Assembly (NCBI GenBank): GCA_036785375.1
Contig: JAWMAR010000475.1
Location: 62,001 to 126,000, forward strand
Direction: 5' to 3'
Length of the DNA stretch: 64,000 nucleotides
Source of the DNA: Leucoraja ocellata
Taxonomy: Eukaryota
Below, piece by piece: positions 13,463 to 25,846 of this stretch. The first letter of the stretch is position 1. Every line of letters starts with the position of its first letter. Below the pieces are notes generated by a model, which was given only the letters and a program-made list of their open reading frames with translations, was not told the origin of the DNA and searched no databases. A program made the position numbers and the translations under genes.

Positions 13463-15570
13463 CAGGTGCACAACCTTTTATCCGAAGATCCAAATAACGA
13501 AAACCTCCGAATAGCGACATTTTTTCGGTCCTTGAAGAAAGGTCCTTGAAAACGTTCACCGAGGGCGGCCCGCAGAGGTGACAGCGGAACCTCCGGTCGG
13601 TCCTCGAAGAAAGGGGAACTAAATCCCCATTCATAAAAGAGAAGGTGAGGGTATATTGCGCGGGATGGTTAATAATTGACAATCTGCTGCTGCCTGCCCG
13701 CTGAGTTAAAACGTTCCCACGGTAGACTCACGATACACAGTGTATCGTGAGTCTTGCATGAGAACTTTTTAACTCAGCGGGCAGGCAGCAGCAAATTGTC
13801 GCTCCCTTAAGTTTCACCCCACCTACACCCCTCTGCTTCCCGGCCATGTGTGTGACCCCTTCCCTCCCCTCTCCAGCTCCCCGCCCATTGCACCGGCGCG
13901 GGTGTTTTGCACTGTCTTCACGTCGGAGCCAGTGCCAGTCACCAGAGACGTCAGGACCAACGGGACACTGGCCCCCAGGCCCACTGCAAGCACGGAGATC
14001 CCAGATCACCAACTCCAGCCTAGCCCCGTTCCAACTCCAGAGGAACACGCTCCCCGTATGGGCAGAAGCTGATGGTGTGCAAGAGATACGTCTTGTTCTT
14101 GGGGTGGCGCAGCTCGGGCTGTGGGCGAACTGCCACTTGTCGCCGTAGCGGCCCATCGGGGAGCGGATTCCTCTGGAGTTGGAGGGGGAGGGGGGTATTG
14201 TGCTGTTTGATCGCCCCCTATTATTCCAGGGACAGGGAGACAGGACGTTCACCGAGGGCGGCCTGCAGAGGTGACAGCGGAACCTCCGGTCGGTCCTCGA
14301 AGAAAGGGGAACTAAATCCCCATCCATAAAAGAGAAGGTGAGAGTATATTGCGCGGGAGGGTTAATAATTGACAATCTGCTGCTGCCTGCCCACTGAGTT
14401 AAAACGTTCCCACGGTAGACACGATACACAGTGTATCGTGAGTGTTGCGTGGGAACTTTCTAACTCAGCGTGCAGGCAGCAGCAGATTGTCGCTCCCTTC
14501 AGTTTCACCCCACCTACACCCCTCTGCTCCCCGGCCATATGTGTGACCCCATTCCTCCCCTCTCCAGCTCCCCGCTCATTGCACCGGCGCGGGGGCTTTG
14601 TACTGTCTTCACGTCGGCGATGGCAGCCAGCAGGCTAGTGCAGTCACCGGAGACGTCAGGACCAATTGGACGTCGACCACCAGGCCCACCACAAGCACGG
14701 AGAACCCAGAGACCCACAGCCAACAGCAGCCCAGCCCAGCTCCAACTACAGAGGAACCTGGGTTGCGGATGACGGGGCGCAGCTCGGGGCGTCGTAGGGG
14801 CCCATCGGGGAGCGGGTTCCTGTTGGTCCTGACGTCTCCGGCCACCTGCTATCCTCCGGGAACTGTACCGCCCTTGCAGGAGAGTGGGGTTGTTTGCAGT
14901 TGCAGAGGGAGGGGGCAAGGGCGGTACAGTTCCCAGTCTCAGCTCCAGTCCAGGGGGGTGTCCGGAGACATCAGGACCAACGGGACAGCGACCCCCAGGC
15001 CCACTGCAAGCACGGAAATCCCAGAGACCCACAGCCAGCAGCAACTCCAGCCCAGCCCCGCTCCAACTCCAGAGGAACACGTAGGGGCAGAAGCTGATGG
15101 TGTGCAAGGTGTTCTTGGGGTGGCGCAGCTCGGGCTGTGGGCAAACTGCCACTTGTCGCCGTAGCGGCCCATCGGGGAGCGGATTCCTCTGGAGTTGGAG
15201 GGGGAGGGGGGTATTGTGCTGTTTGATCGCCCCCTGCTATCCCAGGGACAGGGAGACACAGCGGCGTTTTAGACTGGTGGGCAATCACTTCCAAAGTTCT
15301 GCCCACACAGTCAGTACACCTCTCCTACACTGCATTTCATACAAACATTTATTCTGCATGAAAAAACGACATTGAAGACTCAAACTCGCGACCGAGTAAC
15401 TGCCGGGATCAAGGCGCAAACTCGCGACCTTGCGGATATGAGCCGAACACTCTACCACTGAGCCAGCCATTAAAATATACGCTAAAAAAATTCCATTCCG
15501 AAGACCGACAAATTCTGAATTACGAAAAGTGTCTGGTCCCAAGGCTGTCGGATAAAAGGTTGTGCACCTG
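13463..15570. mobile_element. Non-autonomous Tc1/mariner-superfamily (Tigger/pogo-like) DNA transposon, 2108 bp
   Basis: Perfect 23-bp TIRs CAGGTGCACAACCTTTTATCCGA (13463-13485 and 15548-15570). TA duplication at 13461-13462 and 15571-15572. No transposase ORF seen. Confidence 0.92.
15400..15469 (-). pseudogene. tRNA-Met(CAT)-like sequence inside the DNA transposon
   Basis: TGGCTCAGTGG A box, D arm GCTC-AGTGGTA-GAGT, anticodon arm TTCGG-CTCATAT-CCGCA, variable AGGTC and a degenerate T arm. No acceptor stem. Confidence 0.6.
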
Positions 15571-16714
15571 TACCTGGGATGTGGACATGACATGAACATC
15601 ACACGCTGCAGCACTCGTGAGTAAGGCAAGGCAGCGCCTTTACCACCTCAGGCAATTAAGGAAATTCAGAGTGTCTCTGAGAATCCTCCAGTGCTTCTAC
15701 TCAGCGGCTGTGGAAAGCATCTTGTCCGGAAATATCACGATTTGGTTTGGGAACTGCTCTGCCCAGGACAAGAAGGCTCTGTAGAGTAGTGCGTTTGGCC
15801 GAACGCACTATGGGAACTACACTTGCCCCTCTGCAGGAACTATACATCAGAAGGTGCAACTCCAGCCAACAAAATCATGGGAGACCCCTTCCACCCCAGC
15901 AACGGACTGTTCCAGCTGCTACGGTCAGGCAAACGCCTCCGTTGCCATGCTGTGAGAACGGAGAGGATGAGGAGTTTTTTTCCCAGAGGCCATTACGACT
16001 GTAAACTCCTATCTCACCAGGGACTAACTTTACTGTACCATTCTACTGTTGTGTGGTGTCTTTTTAAAATTGATGTTTTATCCTTTTTTTCCCTCCCACA
16101 AATATGTAATATGTGAATAAACTTGACTTGACTTGACTTGATGGTGGCAAGTAGTTGGGTCAACAAACTGCAAAAGTTGGAGCCAGATTGAATGGGTGAG
16201 GGAGAGGGGAATGCACCCTCATCCCTTCCTATTATCAATATGATTTCCCCGCTTCCCGCTTTAATAGGAAATGATTAAGATTATTAGCAGCGAAAGGGAT
16301 GAGGATTATCAATAGTGTAAAGCACCACTCTCTGGCAGTGACTCAGGTAGTGAAGACGTTTAATCAATGTCAAAGTAGGTCTCAATCTTCCAGTTTTTAA
16401 TGCTCGTCAGCTTTACAGCTCATTAGAATTTTGTACAAATGTCATCTAAAATATCTTTCATCATTTGACATCACAGTGTATGCCCAAAGCCCCCTCAATC
16501 CTGCAATTTTCTGCTCCAATATGAAAATGGGAAAATATATATGCACCTCTGCTGCAGTTTTAGCTCTTTGTAACTGTAAATCTTTTATTTTCAAGTTATA
16601 GTTCAGCAATAATATTGCTTCGCTAGCTGCATGACTTTATACTTAGGTGGCTGCAAAGTAATGCTCAGTACATGGTAAATTTCACAAATTCAGATTTATT
16701 TCCATATGTAAGGT

Positions 16715-17010
16715 TTGCAGTGGCACAGCTGGTAGAACTGCCGCCTCACAACATCCTGACCCAGAATGTCTTCTGTGTGGAGTTTGCATGATCTCCCTGT
16801 GACCATGTGGGTTTCCTCAGGGTGCTCCGGTTTCCTCCCACATCCCAAAGATAAGCTGGTTTGCTGTTTAATTGGTCCTGTAACTTGCCCCAGGTGTGTG
16901 AAGAGAGTGGATGTGAAAAGTGGGGTAAATTATAACCAGCGGGAATGGGTGATCGATGGTTGGCGTGGACTCAGTGGGCCAAAGGACCTGTTTCTATGTT
17001 GTATTTCTAA
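16715..17010 (+). mobile_element. tRNA-derived SINE, diverged
   Basis: GTGGCACAGCTGGTAGA head and GTGGGTTTCCTCAGGGTGCTCCGGTTTCCTCCCACATCCC core. Confidence 0.75.
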
Positions 17011-17246
17011 TCATTCAACTGAATGTGCAAAATTATGATCACTGCTGATAACTGGAAACTTTCTTGTTTGACACTAGCTATCAAGTGAGTTATCAATGCA
17101 AATTCTGTTATTTTTTATTTGTACATCATTCGGCAATTCATTGTACAATAAGCAAAAAGCAAAGCCAAATTAATTTTAATAATAGCCAAAGAACAATTAT
17201 TTAGGATATATCATATGACAACATATATTGTGGCAGGGGACTAAAA

Positions 17247-18389
17247 CTATTCACCAGCATTTAGCTTCTTTAATTTTGCTTCAAATCTTCTTCTACTCGA
17301 ATCCAAAATTGTAATGCCATGTTTTCTAAAATCATATCCAACTTTTTGCAATTCCTTTATGCGATTTTTCAAATTCTCTGCACTGAATTCCAGTACTCTG
17401 GGCTTCTTTAATAGTTGTTTAATATTAATATCTTTTTCCAGAAGGCAATCAACTTTATTGGAAACTTTTTCAAAAGAAGCAAAAAATGCTGGTGGATAGT
17501 CAATAAAAAATTTCTTCACTTCTTCAGGTGTGCACCCTAATGACTGTAACTGTTCACTCATATTTTTGTAATTTCTTTTCATGTAATCACTGGAAAGGTC
17601 CAAAATCTCAGCACCGTGCCCTTGAAGTAGTTTTATAAGTTCACTGTTGCTTAGTTTAAGTGCTTCAGTGAAAAATTCAACGTTTGTTTTAATCCGTTTA
17701 GTGCTTCTTATAAGTACGTAGGCATTTTTAGTGATGATCCGTTTAACAAATTCATATGGATTCTGGACAGCCAAACTAACAGCAAGATCTTGGAGGAATG
17801 TTACCATCTGCTTGTTAAGTTCCAAACTGTTTGAAAATGTTCGGGGAGCAGTAGCCAACATACGATGTAAGTCGGCTGCGGTCAAACCAAGAGAACTAAG
17901 AAAACTGATGTTTTTTTCAAGATTTTCATTATCACTTGAACGAAAATACGATTCTGGAGAACGTTGAATGATACTTATGATTTCGGAGTCAGCCTTAAAA
18001 ATACTTCGCCATAATTGCCATCTTTCTTCAAGGTGGCTAGAGGATCGTGTAATGGCTCGAGGGTATCTTGAAATAATACTGGCAATGGCATTGTTATTGG
18101 CACCTTTACTTCTCAAGAATTCCACAACACATTTTTCATTTGTAATCGATTTTCTCAACACTCCTGGCTGTCTCCTCCTGGCCATCTTAATATCCACACC
18201 CAAAACAGTCAAATTGTTTATTAAACTTCCATTTTCTAGTTTTTGGATTGTCTCTGTTGATTGATCATGACTGGAAGTGCTCAGGTAAGTTATCTTCAAA
18301 AGTGCAGCAGGACAAATATTAGGTGTAAAGAATGAATGTCTTACTCCTGGGCACAAACGCATCACTTGTGTTGCCACCCTACCTGCCAT
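17247..18389 (-). CDS. MTERF1: Mitochondrial transcription termination factor 1 (380 aa, single coding exon)
   Basis: Intact ORF with vertebrate MTERF1 signature segments (LGVDIKMARRRQPGV, IASIISRYPRAITR, RSPESYFRS, APRTFSNSLELNKQMV, RFEAKL) and a basic N-terminus resembling a targeting peptide. Splice acceptor (TTTCCTCTGTATGCAG|) opens the exon at 18439; AATAAA on the - strand at about 17114-17119. Confidence 0.96.
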   Translation of the reverse strand: MAGRVATQVMRLCPGVRHSFFTPNICPAALLKITYLSTSSHDQSTETIQKLENGSLINNLTVLGVDIKMARRRQPGVLRKSITNEKCVVEFLRSKGANNNAIASIISRYPRAITRSSSHLEERWQLWRSIFKADSEIISIIQRSPESYFRSSDNENLEKNISFLSSLGLTAADLHRMLATAPRTFSNSLELNKQMVTFLQDLAVSLAVQNPYEFVKRIITKNAYVLIRSTKRIKTNVEFFTEALKLSNSELIKLLQGHGAEILDLSSDYMKRNYKNMSEQLQSLGCTPEEVKKFFIDYPPAFFASFEKVSNKVDCLLEKDINIKQLLKKPRVLEFSAENLKNRIKELQKVGYDFRKHGITILDSSRRRFEAKLKKLNAGE

Positions 18390-18889
18390 TATTTTCCAAT
18401 ACCCCAGCTGACATACAACCTGGTCACAGTCATTTAAACCTGCATACAGAGGAAAGAAACAGTAGTTGTATTTGTATTGTAAGGCAACTCTAACAGACAG
18501 ACATTTACTTTTTCCTCACCCAGTCAAAAATTGCCATCACTTAGGACCTGTCTGAATTCCACAAGCATAAAGAACTTGAAAATATGAACTATTTGGCCAA
18601 GCATGTTTTAGGTGAATTACATATTACTGCTCATTATTGGCAAGGTGTCTATATAAAAAGGGGGAAGACATATAAGACCAGTGATAACTAACAAAGAACA
18701 ATTCTTAAATAAATGTGAACCAAAGAAAAATATTGGAAGCATATGTAAAGACACGTTGTTGGGGAAAATAGCTGAAAACCTATCCATGATTAACTAATCT
18801 ATTAGTTAAAATAACTGGCAATTAGGAAACATGCCCAATATTTCGTCTCATTAATGACAACAATCATTTTCCCCAATGTTTATCGCCAG

Positions 18890-19473
18890 ACTGGAGAGAG
18901 AATCAGGCTGACATGGACAACACACACTGCCGAACTGGTGAGAAAGGCAGCTGAGGAAATTCAGAGTCTCTCTGAGGATCCTTCAGTCCTTCTACTCTGG
19001 TGCAGTAGAAAGTATCCTGACCGGAAACATCTCGATCTGGTTTGGCACCAGCTCTGCCCAGGCAGGACAGGAAGGCTTTGCAGAGAGTAGCGCGTTTGGC
19101 TGAATGCACTAAGGGAACTACACTCCCCGCCCCCCCCCCCCTTGCAGGACCTATACACCAGGAGGTGCAGATCCAGAGTCAGAAAGATCATGAAGGACCC
19201 CCACCACCCCAACAATGGACTGTTCCAGCTGCTACGGTCAGGCAAGCTCCTCCGCTGTCATGCTGCGAAAACTAAGAGGATGAGACGGAGTTTCTTCCCA
19301 CAAGCCATCAGGACTCTGATCTCACTGGGGCGTAATTTTGTGCTGTGTCTTCTAAAAAAAAATGTAAATACTGGTTTTGTTCTGTTCTGTTCTTTTGCAC
19401 AATCCTGCAGGCATTACCACTTTCATTTCACTGTACATCTTGTATGTGTATGTGACAAATAAAGTTGACTTGA
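18890..19473 (+). mobile_element. Rex1/Babar LINE 3' fragment in the MTERF1 intron
   Basis: [22 protein letters not shown] and SFFPQAIR; tail AATAAAGTTGACTTGAC. Confidence 0.85.
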
Positions 19474-19934
19474 CGATTTGCTGCAAAGAAAGATTTTGAT
19501 AGAGTGGAGAACAATGCAAAAAGAGGCAGGATGTGTATAATCATTACCAACTTCATGGAATTTTTCAACCTATGACCTACCCAGCCTTCCAGACACTTCC
19601 TGCCCTCATTTTGAGTTTCAGCCACCGCAAAACTGGAGTGGAATCAAGTCAGTCACGACTTCGAGCAACTCTTAATGAGAATTCAAAACTTGCAGACATT
19701 TTACTTTCTCAAAACTACCTGGACTGCATCTGTAATGAGAGAAAACAAAATCACTCTCTGGTACATTGCAAAACCACTGATGATAACAACGAGGTACAAA
19801 ATAAACTGTAGATGCGGTAATCTTGAGCAAAACATAAAATGCTGCAGGAACTCAGCGGGTCAGGTAACACCTGTGATGGGAAGAAAAGCCTCGACCCGAA
19901 ATGTCACCTATCCATGTTCTCCAAAGAAGCTCCA

Positions 19935-20484
19935 AAGAGTATTGTGTACAGTTTTGGTCTCCTAATTTGAGAAAGGACATCCTTGTGATTGAGACAGTGC
20001 AGCGTAGGTTCACGAGATTGATTCCTGGGATGGCGGAACTGTCATATGAGGAAAGATTGAAAAGGTTAGGCTTGTATTCACTGGAGTTTAGAAGGATGAG
20101 GGGGGTCATACAGAAACATATACAATTATAAAAGGACTGGACAAGCTAGATGCAGGAAAAATGTTCCCAATGTTGGGCGAGTCCAGAACCAGGGGCCACA
20201 GTCTTAGAATAAACGGGAGGTCATTTAAGACTGAGGTGAGAAAAAACGTTTTCACCCAGAGAGTTGTGAATTTATGGAATTCCCTGCCACAGAGGGCAGT
20301 GGAGGCAAATCACTGGATGGATTTAAGAGGGAGTTAGATAGCGCTCTAGGAGCTAGTGGAGTCAAGGGATATGAGAAGGCAGGCACGGGTTATTGATAGG
20401 GACGATCAGCCATGATCACAATGAATGGCGGTGCTGCCTCGAAGGGCCGAATGGCCTCCTCCTGCACCTATTTTCTATGTTTCT
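19935..20484 (+). mobile_element. CR1 LINE 3' end inserted in a PLE-derived repeat
   Basis: EYCVQFWSP..QRRFTRLIPG and a CR1 3' UTR. The flanks (about 19800-19934 and 20485-20526) are contiguous PLE-repeat sequence. Confidence 0.85.
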
Positions 20485-20559
20485 AAGCTGCCTAACCTGC
20501 TGAGTTACTCCAGCAATTTGTGTCCATATGTGGAGGGAAAGAACAGGAGGAGAACATCT

Positions 20560-21060
20560 GCAGAGTCGACATGCTTTGAGATTTCGTAGTGGAACCGTAA
20601 AATGGTCTGAAGGTGGGCGCCGACCCGAGTTACAGGGTTGCACCAAACCAAAGAACCGCTATAGGATCTTTGCACAAAACAGCCTCCCATTTCCCCCACA
20701 GCTGCTGCCTGGTCCGCTGAGTTCCTCTCTAGCACGTTGTCTTTTGCTCGGGATAATATCTCCGTTATTTTTTCCACTCTCCGCAATCTGCCGACAAACC
20801 GTGAAAATAAAATAAAGCAGCAAACAAAGATCCGTCCCACGGCACGGCACGGCACGGCACGGCAAACATTGAAAGATTAAAACCTGCCCGCTTGCATCTG
20901 CAGCTCCGCTGGTGCAGAAGCGGCGGCTTCCGGGAACCGCTCGCGAGGACGGCTGGGGGCTGGGACCTGGGAGCGGCTGCGGAGGTGGGACAAACCTCTC
21001 TGACAGTCCAATTAAAACAAACCTCACCAATGCTGACACGTCTCTTTTGTGCCTGTAGCT
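20560..21060. promoter_or_regulatory. CpG/GC-rich island; likely MTERF1 promoter and non-coding exon 1
   Basis: Local CpG enrichment about 2.3 kb upstream of the MTERF1 acceptor. Candidate - strand donor CATTG|GTGAGG at about 21027. (GGCAC)n repeat at about 20838-20864. Confidence 0.55.
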
Positions 21061-21179
21061 AAATCAAACACGGATGATGCTCCGTACAGAGGAATATGTG
21101 ATAGAGGATTTGATTTTTATATTCTGTTTGGTCAAACTACACAGATCCACAACGCAACACAACGCAATAACTACAAATA

Positions 21180-23212
21180 AATTAAACTGAAGAAGGGTCT
21201 CGACCCTAAACGTCACCCATCCCTTCTCTCCAGAGATGCTGCCGGTCCCGCTGAGTTATTCCAGCATTTTGTGTATACCTTCGATTTAAACCAGCACCTG
21301 CAGTTCCTTCCTACACAAGAATTTAAAGTAATACTTAAGATTGAGATCTTCATGCAGAACAATACATTGAAGATTTAAATAGGCAACACAAGAGACTGCA
21401 GATGCTCAGCTGGAATCGTGCAAAATGATAAACTGCAGTTGGAACTCAGCCAGGTCAGGCACAGGACTGAGAGTGTGGAGAGGATAAAGTGAGTACCATG
21501 ATGTGATGAGGGAGGAGTATAGGAAGGAATCGCAGATGCTGGTTTATACAGAAGATAGACACAATATGCTGGAGTAACTCAGCGGGTCAGGCAGCATCTC
21601 TGAAGAAAAGAGATAGGTGATGTTTCGGGTCGGAATCCTTCTTCAGACAGGGCAAGATTCATTCAGAGTGAGAGAAGGATGGGATGAGAGAAGAAAAGAG
21701 GCAGATAGGGTCAGATCAGGCAGGGCAATAAAACTGGGAGATGGGTTGCTGGAGAGAGGGGAGGTTGGGAGAACTTGGATGGGCCAGGAGACAGAAAGGA
21801 ACACAAAGGGTGTGGGTAATTTAAAAATACAGTGTTTATACCGTAAGGTTGTAGGCTACCCAGACGGAAAATCAGATGTAGAAACAAGAACCATTATGAT
21901 TAAATACTTGAAACTTATTAACTGTATTGCGCTTCATTTGCGATTGTGTTGCGCGTTCATTTATTCTCTAGAATATCATATTTCACACATCACTGACTGG
22001 AATGCAAATCCAATTGTATTCAGTTTGGTTTTCAGTTATAAGTAACCAATGTGGAGTCAAATGGAGACACAAGGAACTGCAGATACTGGAATCTTATGTA
22101 GGTGCTGGAGTAACATAGGCAGCATCTCACGAGGATATGGATAGGTGGCGCTGCAGGTTGCAACACTTATAGATGGAAGGGGCCAAAGGAAGGGGATGGG
22201 GTAATGGGGGAAATGAGTACGCACCAGGGTGATGGAGGAGCACAGGAAAGAGATAGAGGAAAAAAGCGGGGTTGTTATCTAACATTTTAGAATTCAATTC
22301 AATTCAAGCTAACCAAGTAGAATATATAGTGCTATTCCTCTGGTTTGTGTTAGTCCTCACTCTAGCAATAGAGGAGACCAAGGACAGAAAGGTCAGTAAG
22401 AGAATGGGAAAGGGAGTTAAAATTATTAGCAACTGGGAGATCCAGAAGGCCTTGGCATAGGTGTTCGGCGAAATGGTCGCCTAGTCTATGCTTGGTCTCA
22501 CCTATGTAAACAAGGGCACCAAATGCAGCAGATGAGTTTAGATGTAGTTCCAAACTGCTTTGAAAAATGTAACTATATTTATTCTTAAAGCCATGCTGGG
22601 TCTCTGTCTAACTAGCTCACATTTAGACTTTAAGATCAACACAAAATGCTGGAGTAACTCGGCAGGACAGGCATCATATCTGTAGAGAAGGAATGGGTGA
22701 TGTTTTGGGTTGAGACCCGTCTTCAGACTGAGAGTCAGGGTAGAGGGACACTAGAAATGTGGAAGGGTAAGGTGTGAAACGACAGATCAAAGCAGACGAT
22801 TATCAAGGAAATGTAGACTAGTTCATTATTGGCTGAGGGAAAGGTGACAATGCTGCGTACAATCTGTAAAATTAATCAGGAGGATAGTGAAACTAGTCAG
22901 AGAAGTAGAGTGGGGGAAGGACAGAGAAAGAGGGAAAGCAAGGGTTACTTGAAGTTGGAGAAATCACATTTCATACCACTGGTTTGTAAGCTGCCCAAGT
23001 GAAATATGAGGTGCAGTTCCTCCAATTTGCGTTGGGCCTTACTCTGATAGTGGAGGAGGCCCAGGACAAAAACGGTCAGTATGGGAGGGGGAGTTAAATT
23101 GTTTAGCAACAGGGAGATCGCCGAGGCATAAGCAGACTGAGCGAAGGTGTTCAGCGAAACAATTGCTGAGCCTGCGCTTGTTCTCGCCGATATATAGGAG
23201 TCCACACCTGGA
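21180..23212. mobile_element. Cluster of Penelope-like element fragments (pLTR pieces and GIY-YIG remnants)
   Basis: - strand ORFs 22362-22553 (YIGETKHRLGDHFAEHL) and 23039-23308 (LLYIGENKRRLSNCFAEHLRSV); repeated TGCTGGAGTAACTCAGCGGGTCAGGCAGCATCT termini. Confidence 0.8.
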
Positions 23213-23224
23213 TACTTTACACTT

Positions 23225-23516
23225 TTTAGAGTTTAGAGATACAGAGTGGAAACAGGCCCACTGAGTCCATTGCAACCTGCGATGAACCACTAACATTATC
23301 TTACACACTAGGGATAATTTACAATTTCACCAAATCCAATTAACCTACAAACCTGTACAACTTTGAAGAGTGGGAGGAAATCGGAGTACCTCGATAAAAC
23401 CTAATGGTCACAGGGAGAATGTACAAACTCCATACAGACATCACCCATAGTCAGGATCGAACCCCGGTCTCTGGTGGTGTAAGGCAACAGCTCTATCTCT
23501 GCGCCAGCATGCCGCC
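23225..23516 (-). mobile_element. tRNA-derived SINE
   Basis: Reverse complement shows TGGCGCAGAG / GGTTCGATCC boxes, the same core as 11436 and a (CTAAA) tail. Confidence 0.85.
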
Positions 23517-24299
23517 CCATTAAATCACTCAGTCACTTTATACGAAAATCAGATTTAGTAGTTTCCTCACAGCTAAAGCCAATGCGTAATATAAAATATA
23601 TATTTTTAAGATTTAGATTTGGTATTAATGTCTTAATTGGTTCTTTTACATTTTATTTCATTTCTAAATGTCATTAGTTGCTTTAACATATGAGCATAAG
23701 ATATAGGGGCAGGTGTAAAGCCTTTGAGCCTGCTCTGCCAGATATCAAGACTATAGTGGCAGATTATTATATTGTTCATGGATTTGCTCCCTCTAACCAC
23801 TAGGAGGATACACGGGGTAAGGAGATAGTGTCGTTTTACGCATGGGAGCTCTCCACATGACATTCAAAGCCGTCGAAAGATAAATCTTCCAAAACACAGT
23901 CTATTGATTAATAGTTTCTATATTGTCGAAGTAAAACAGTAAGATATTCATCCAACTCCTTCTTGTTGGGTAAATCTTAGTGTTACTCATCGTCAAAACT
24001 CCAGCATATGGCTCCGACATGTTAGAAAACTCTAACCATATTAGAAAGCACCAAATGGCTTCACATGTGGCTCTGACCCTTCTCTCGAAAGCTCCGTACG
24101 GTCGAAAGATATGCCTTCCCACCATGCTTCCTCCGAACTAACTAAAATGACAAGCTTTTCCCCAGAATCCCAGCAGCAAACACGCCTCCGACTACGTAAT
24201 AAATCCCACATAATTACAGGCAGACAAAATTTAAAGGCAAAGGCCACAATCTATGACACACATAATTAAGCCAAAAGGCCACTACAAACACTATGACTG

Positions 24300-25070
24300 A
24301 TCTTCGAACTCAAGGCCATTTTTTTTCAGTACATTCCTTGATTTCTGCAATATCAAGAAATCTGCCCATCTCTTCTTTTTTTTGCAAAGAACTCAACAAT
24401 GGAGCCTTCATAGTCCTCTACTTTAGACTTCAAAGTTTCACCACCTTCTGCTTAATAAATTTCTCTTAATCACAATACAAACTGTCTACACAATTCATAC
24501 ACTGTGACCCGGTCTGAAACTCTCTGGCAGGGGAAACATCATCCCCGCATCCAGTTTGTCAAGTTTTGTAAGAATTCTGTAAGTTTCAATGAGATCTTCA
24601 CTCTTTCTTCGAAATCTAGAGAACGGAGGTCGAGCTTCCCTAAATTCTTCTAAGATGACAACTCCAATATTCCTGGAATCAGCAAATGTTTCTATAGCAA
24701 ATGTATCCTTTCTTAGATAAAGGAATCAAAATTGCACATAATACACTTTTAATGGGCTTACAAAGGCTCTTGACAAGTGCAGAAAGTCATATTTTCTCAA
24801 GAGCTGAAATGCTCGTAATAAAAACTAACATACTATTTGACGTCTTAATTGCTTATTGGACCTGAATGTTGACTTTTGGTTACACGAGTAAGATCACACG
24901 TTATCTGGCCCTTCTGATCATCAAAACTATCCACTCGCTTACATAATGAAAAAAAATTGTACCTCGTTATGTGCACCAATATGAAAATGCTCACATATTT
25001 TCAAATTATATTCTGCCTGTCATGTTATTGCCCACTCAATGTTCATATCATTCCATCCTTTGTGCAAATT
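24300..25070 (-). mobile_element. Old, highly diverged CR1 fragment
   Basis: Residual CR1 RT-end sequence (e.g. reverse complement TATGTGCAATTTTGATTCC, CTGATTCCAGGAAT). Confidence 0.55.
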
Positions 25071-25089
25071 GCACATCTGATTTAGCATT

Positions 25090-25846
25090 GTTCAAGTAGG
25101 AACTGCAGATGCTGGAAAATCAAAAGTAGACAAAAGTGCTGGAGAAACTCAGCGGGTGAGGCAACATCTATGGAGCAAAGGAAATAGGCAACGTTACGGG
25201 CCAAAACCCTTCTTCAGACTGATGTAGGGTGGGGGGGGGGGGGGAGGGGAGAAGACAGGAAGAGGAGGAGTCAGAGGGCTGAGGGAGAGCTGCAAAGGGG
25301 AGGTAAAGCAACAAGTATAGCATCTCCTGTGGTTGCAAGGGAAAGTGGCTACCAGAAATTGGAGAAGTCAATGTTCAGGCCGCTGGGGTGCAGACTGCCC
25401 AAGCGGAATATGAGGTGCTACTCCTCCAATTTCCGGTGGTGCTCACTCTGGCCATGGAGGAGGGCCAGGACAGAAAGGTCGGGTTCAGAATGGGAGGGGG
25501 AGTTGAATTGATGAGTCACAGGGAGATCATGTTGGTTAATGCGGACCGAGCGGAGATGTTCGGCGAAACGATCGCCAAGCCTACCCTTGGTCTCACCGAT
25601 GTAGAGCAGCTGACATCTAGAGCAGCGGACGCAATAGATGAGGTTGGAGGAGGTGCAGGTGAACCTCTGTCGCACCTGGAATGACTTTTTGGGTCCTTCA
25701 ATGGAGTCGAGGGGGGAGGTAAAGGGGAATATATTCCCCCCCCCCCACATCAGTCTGAAGAAGGGTTTTGGCCTGAAACGTTGCCTATTTTCTTCGCTCC
25801 ATAGATGCTGCCTCACCCGCTGAGTTTCTCCACCACTTTTGTCTAC
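25090..25846 (-). mobile_element. Penelope-like element, 5'-truncated with inverted terminal copy and 16-bp TSD
   Basis: GIY-YIG ORF (FTCTSSNLIYCVRCSRCQLLYIGETKGRLGDRFAEH). About 110-bp inverted ends. CATCTGATTTAGCATT at 25074-25089 and 25847-25862. Confidence 0.92.
25752..25785 (+). ncRNA. Minimal hammerhead ribozyme motif in PLE inverted end
   Basis: CTGAAGAAGGGTTTTGGCCTGAAACGTT. The opposite-strand copy at 25187-25220 has GAAA changed to GTAA. Confidence 0.6.

Larger units (their letters stand above)
12640..16140 (+). mobile_element. Rex1/Babar-type LINE split by a DNA transposon insertion
   Basis: [26 protein letters not shown] and [11 protein letters not shown]; FKY|LG rejoins across 13463-15570; (GACTT)n tail at about 16121-16140. 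Confidence 0.9.

Noticed and set aside
13728-15306. Several overlapping 100-233 aa ORFs within the TIR element
   Set aside because: They are Pro/Gly/Arg-rich products of GC-rich repeats on both strands, with no DDE/D transposase or other domain motif.
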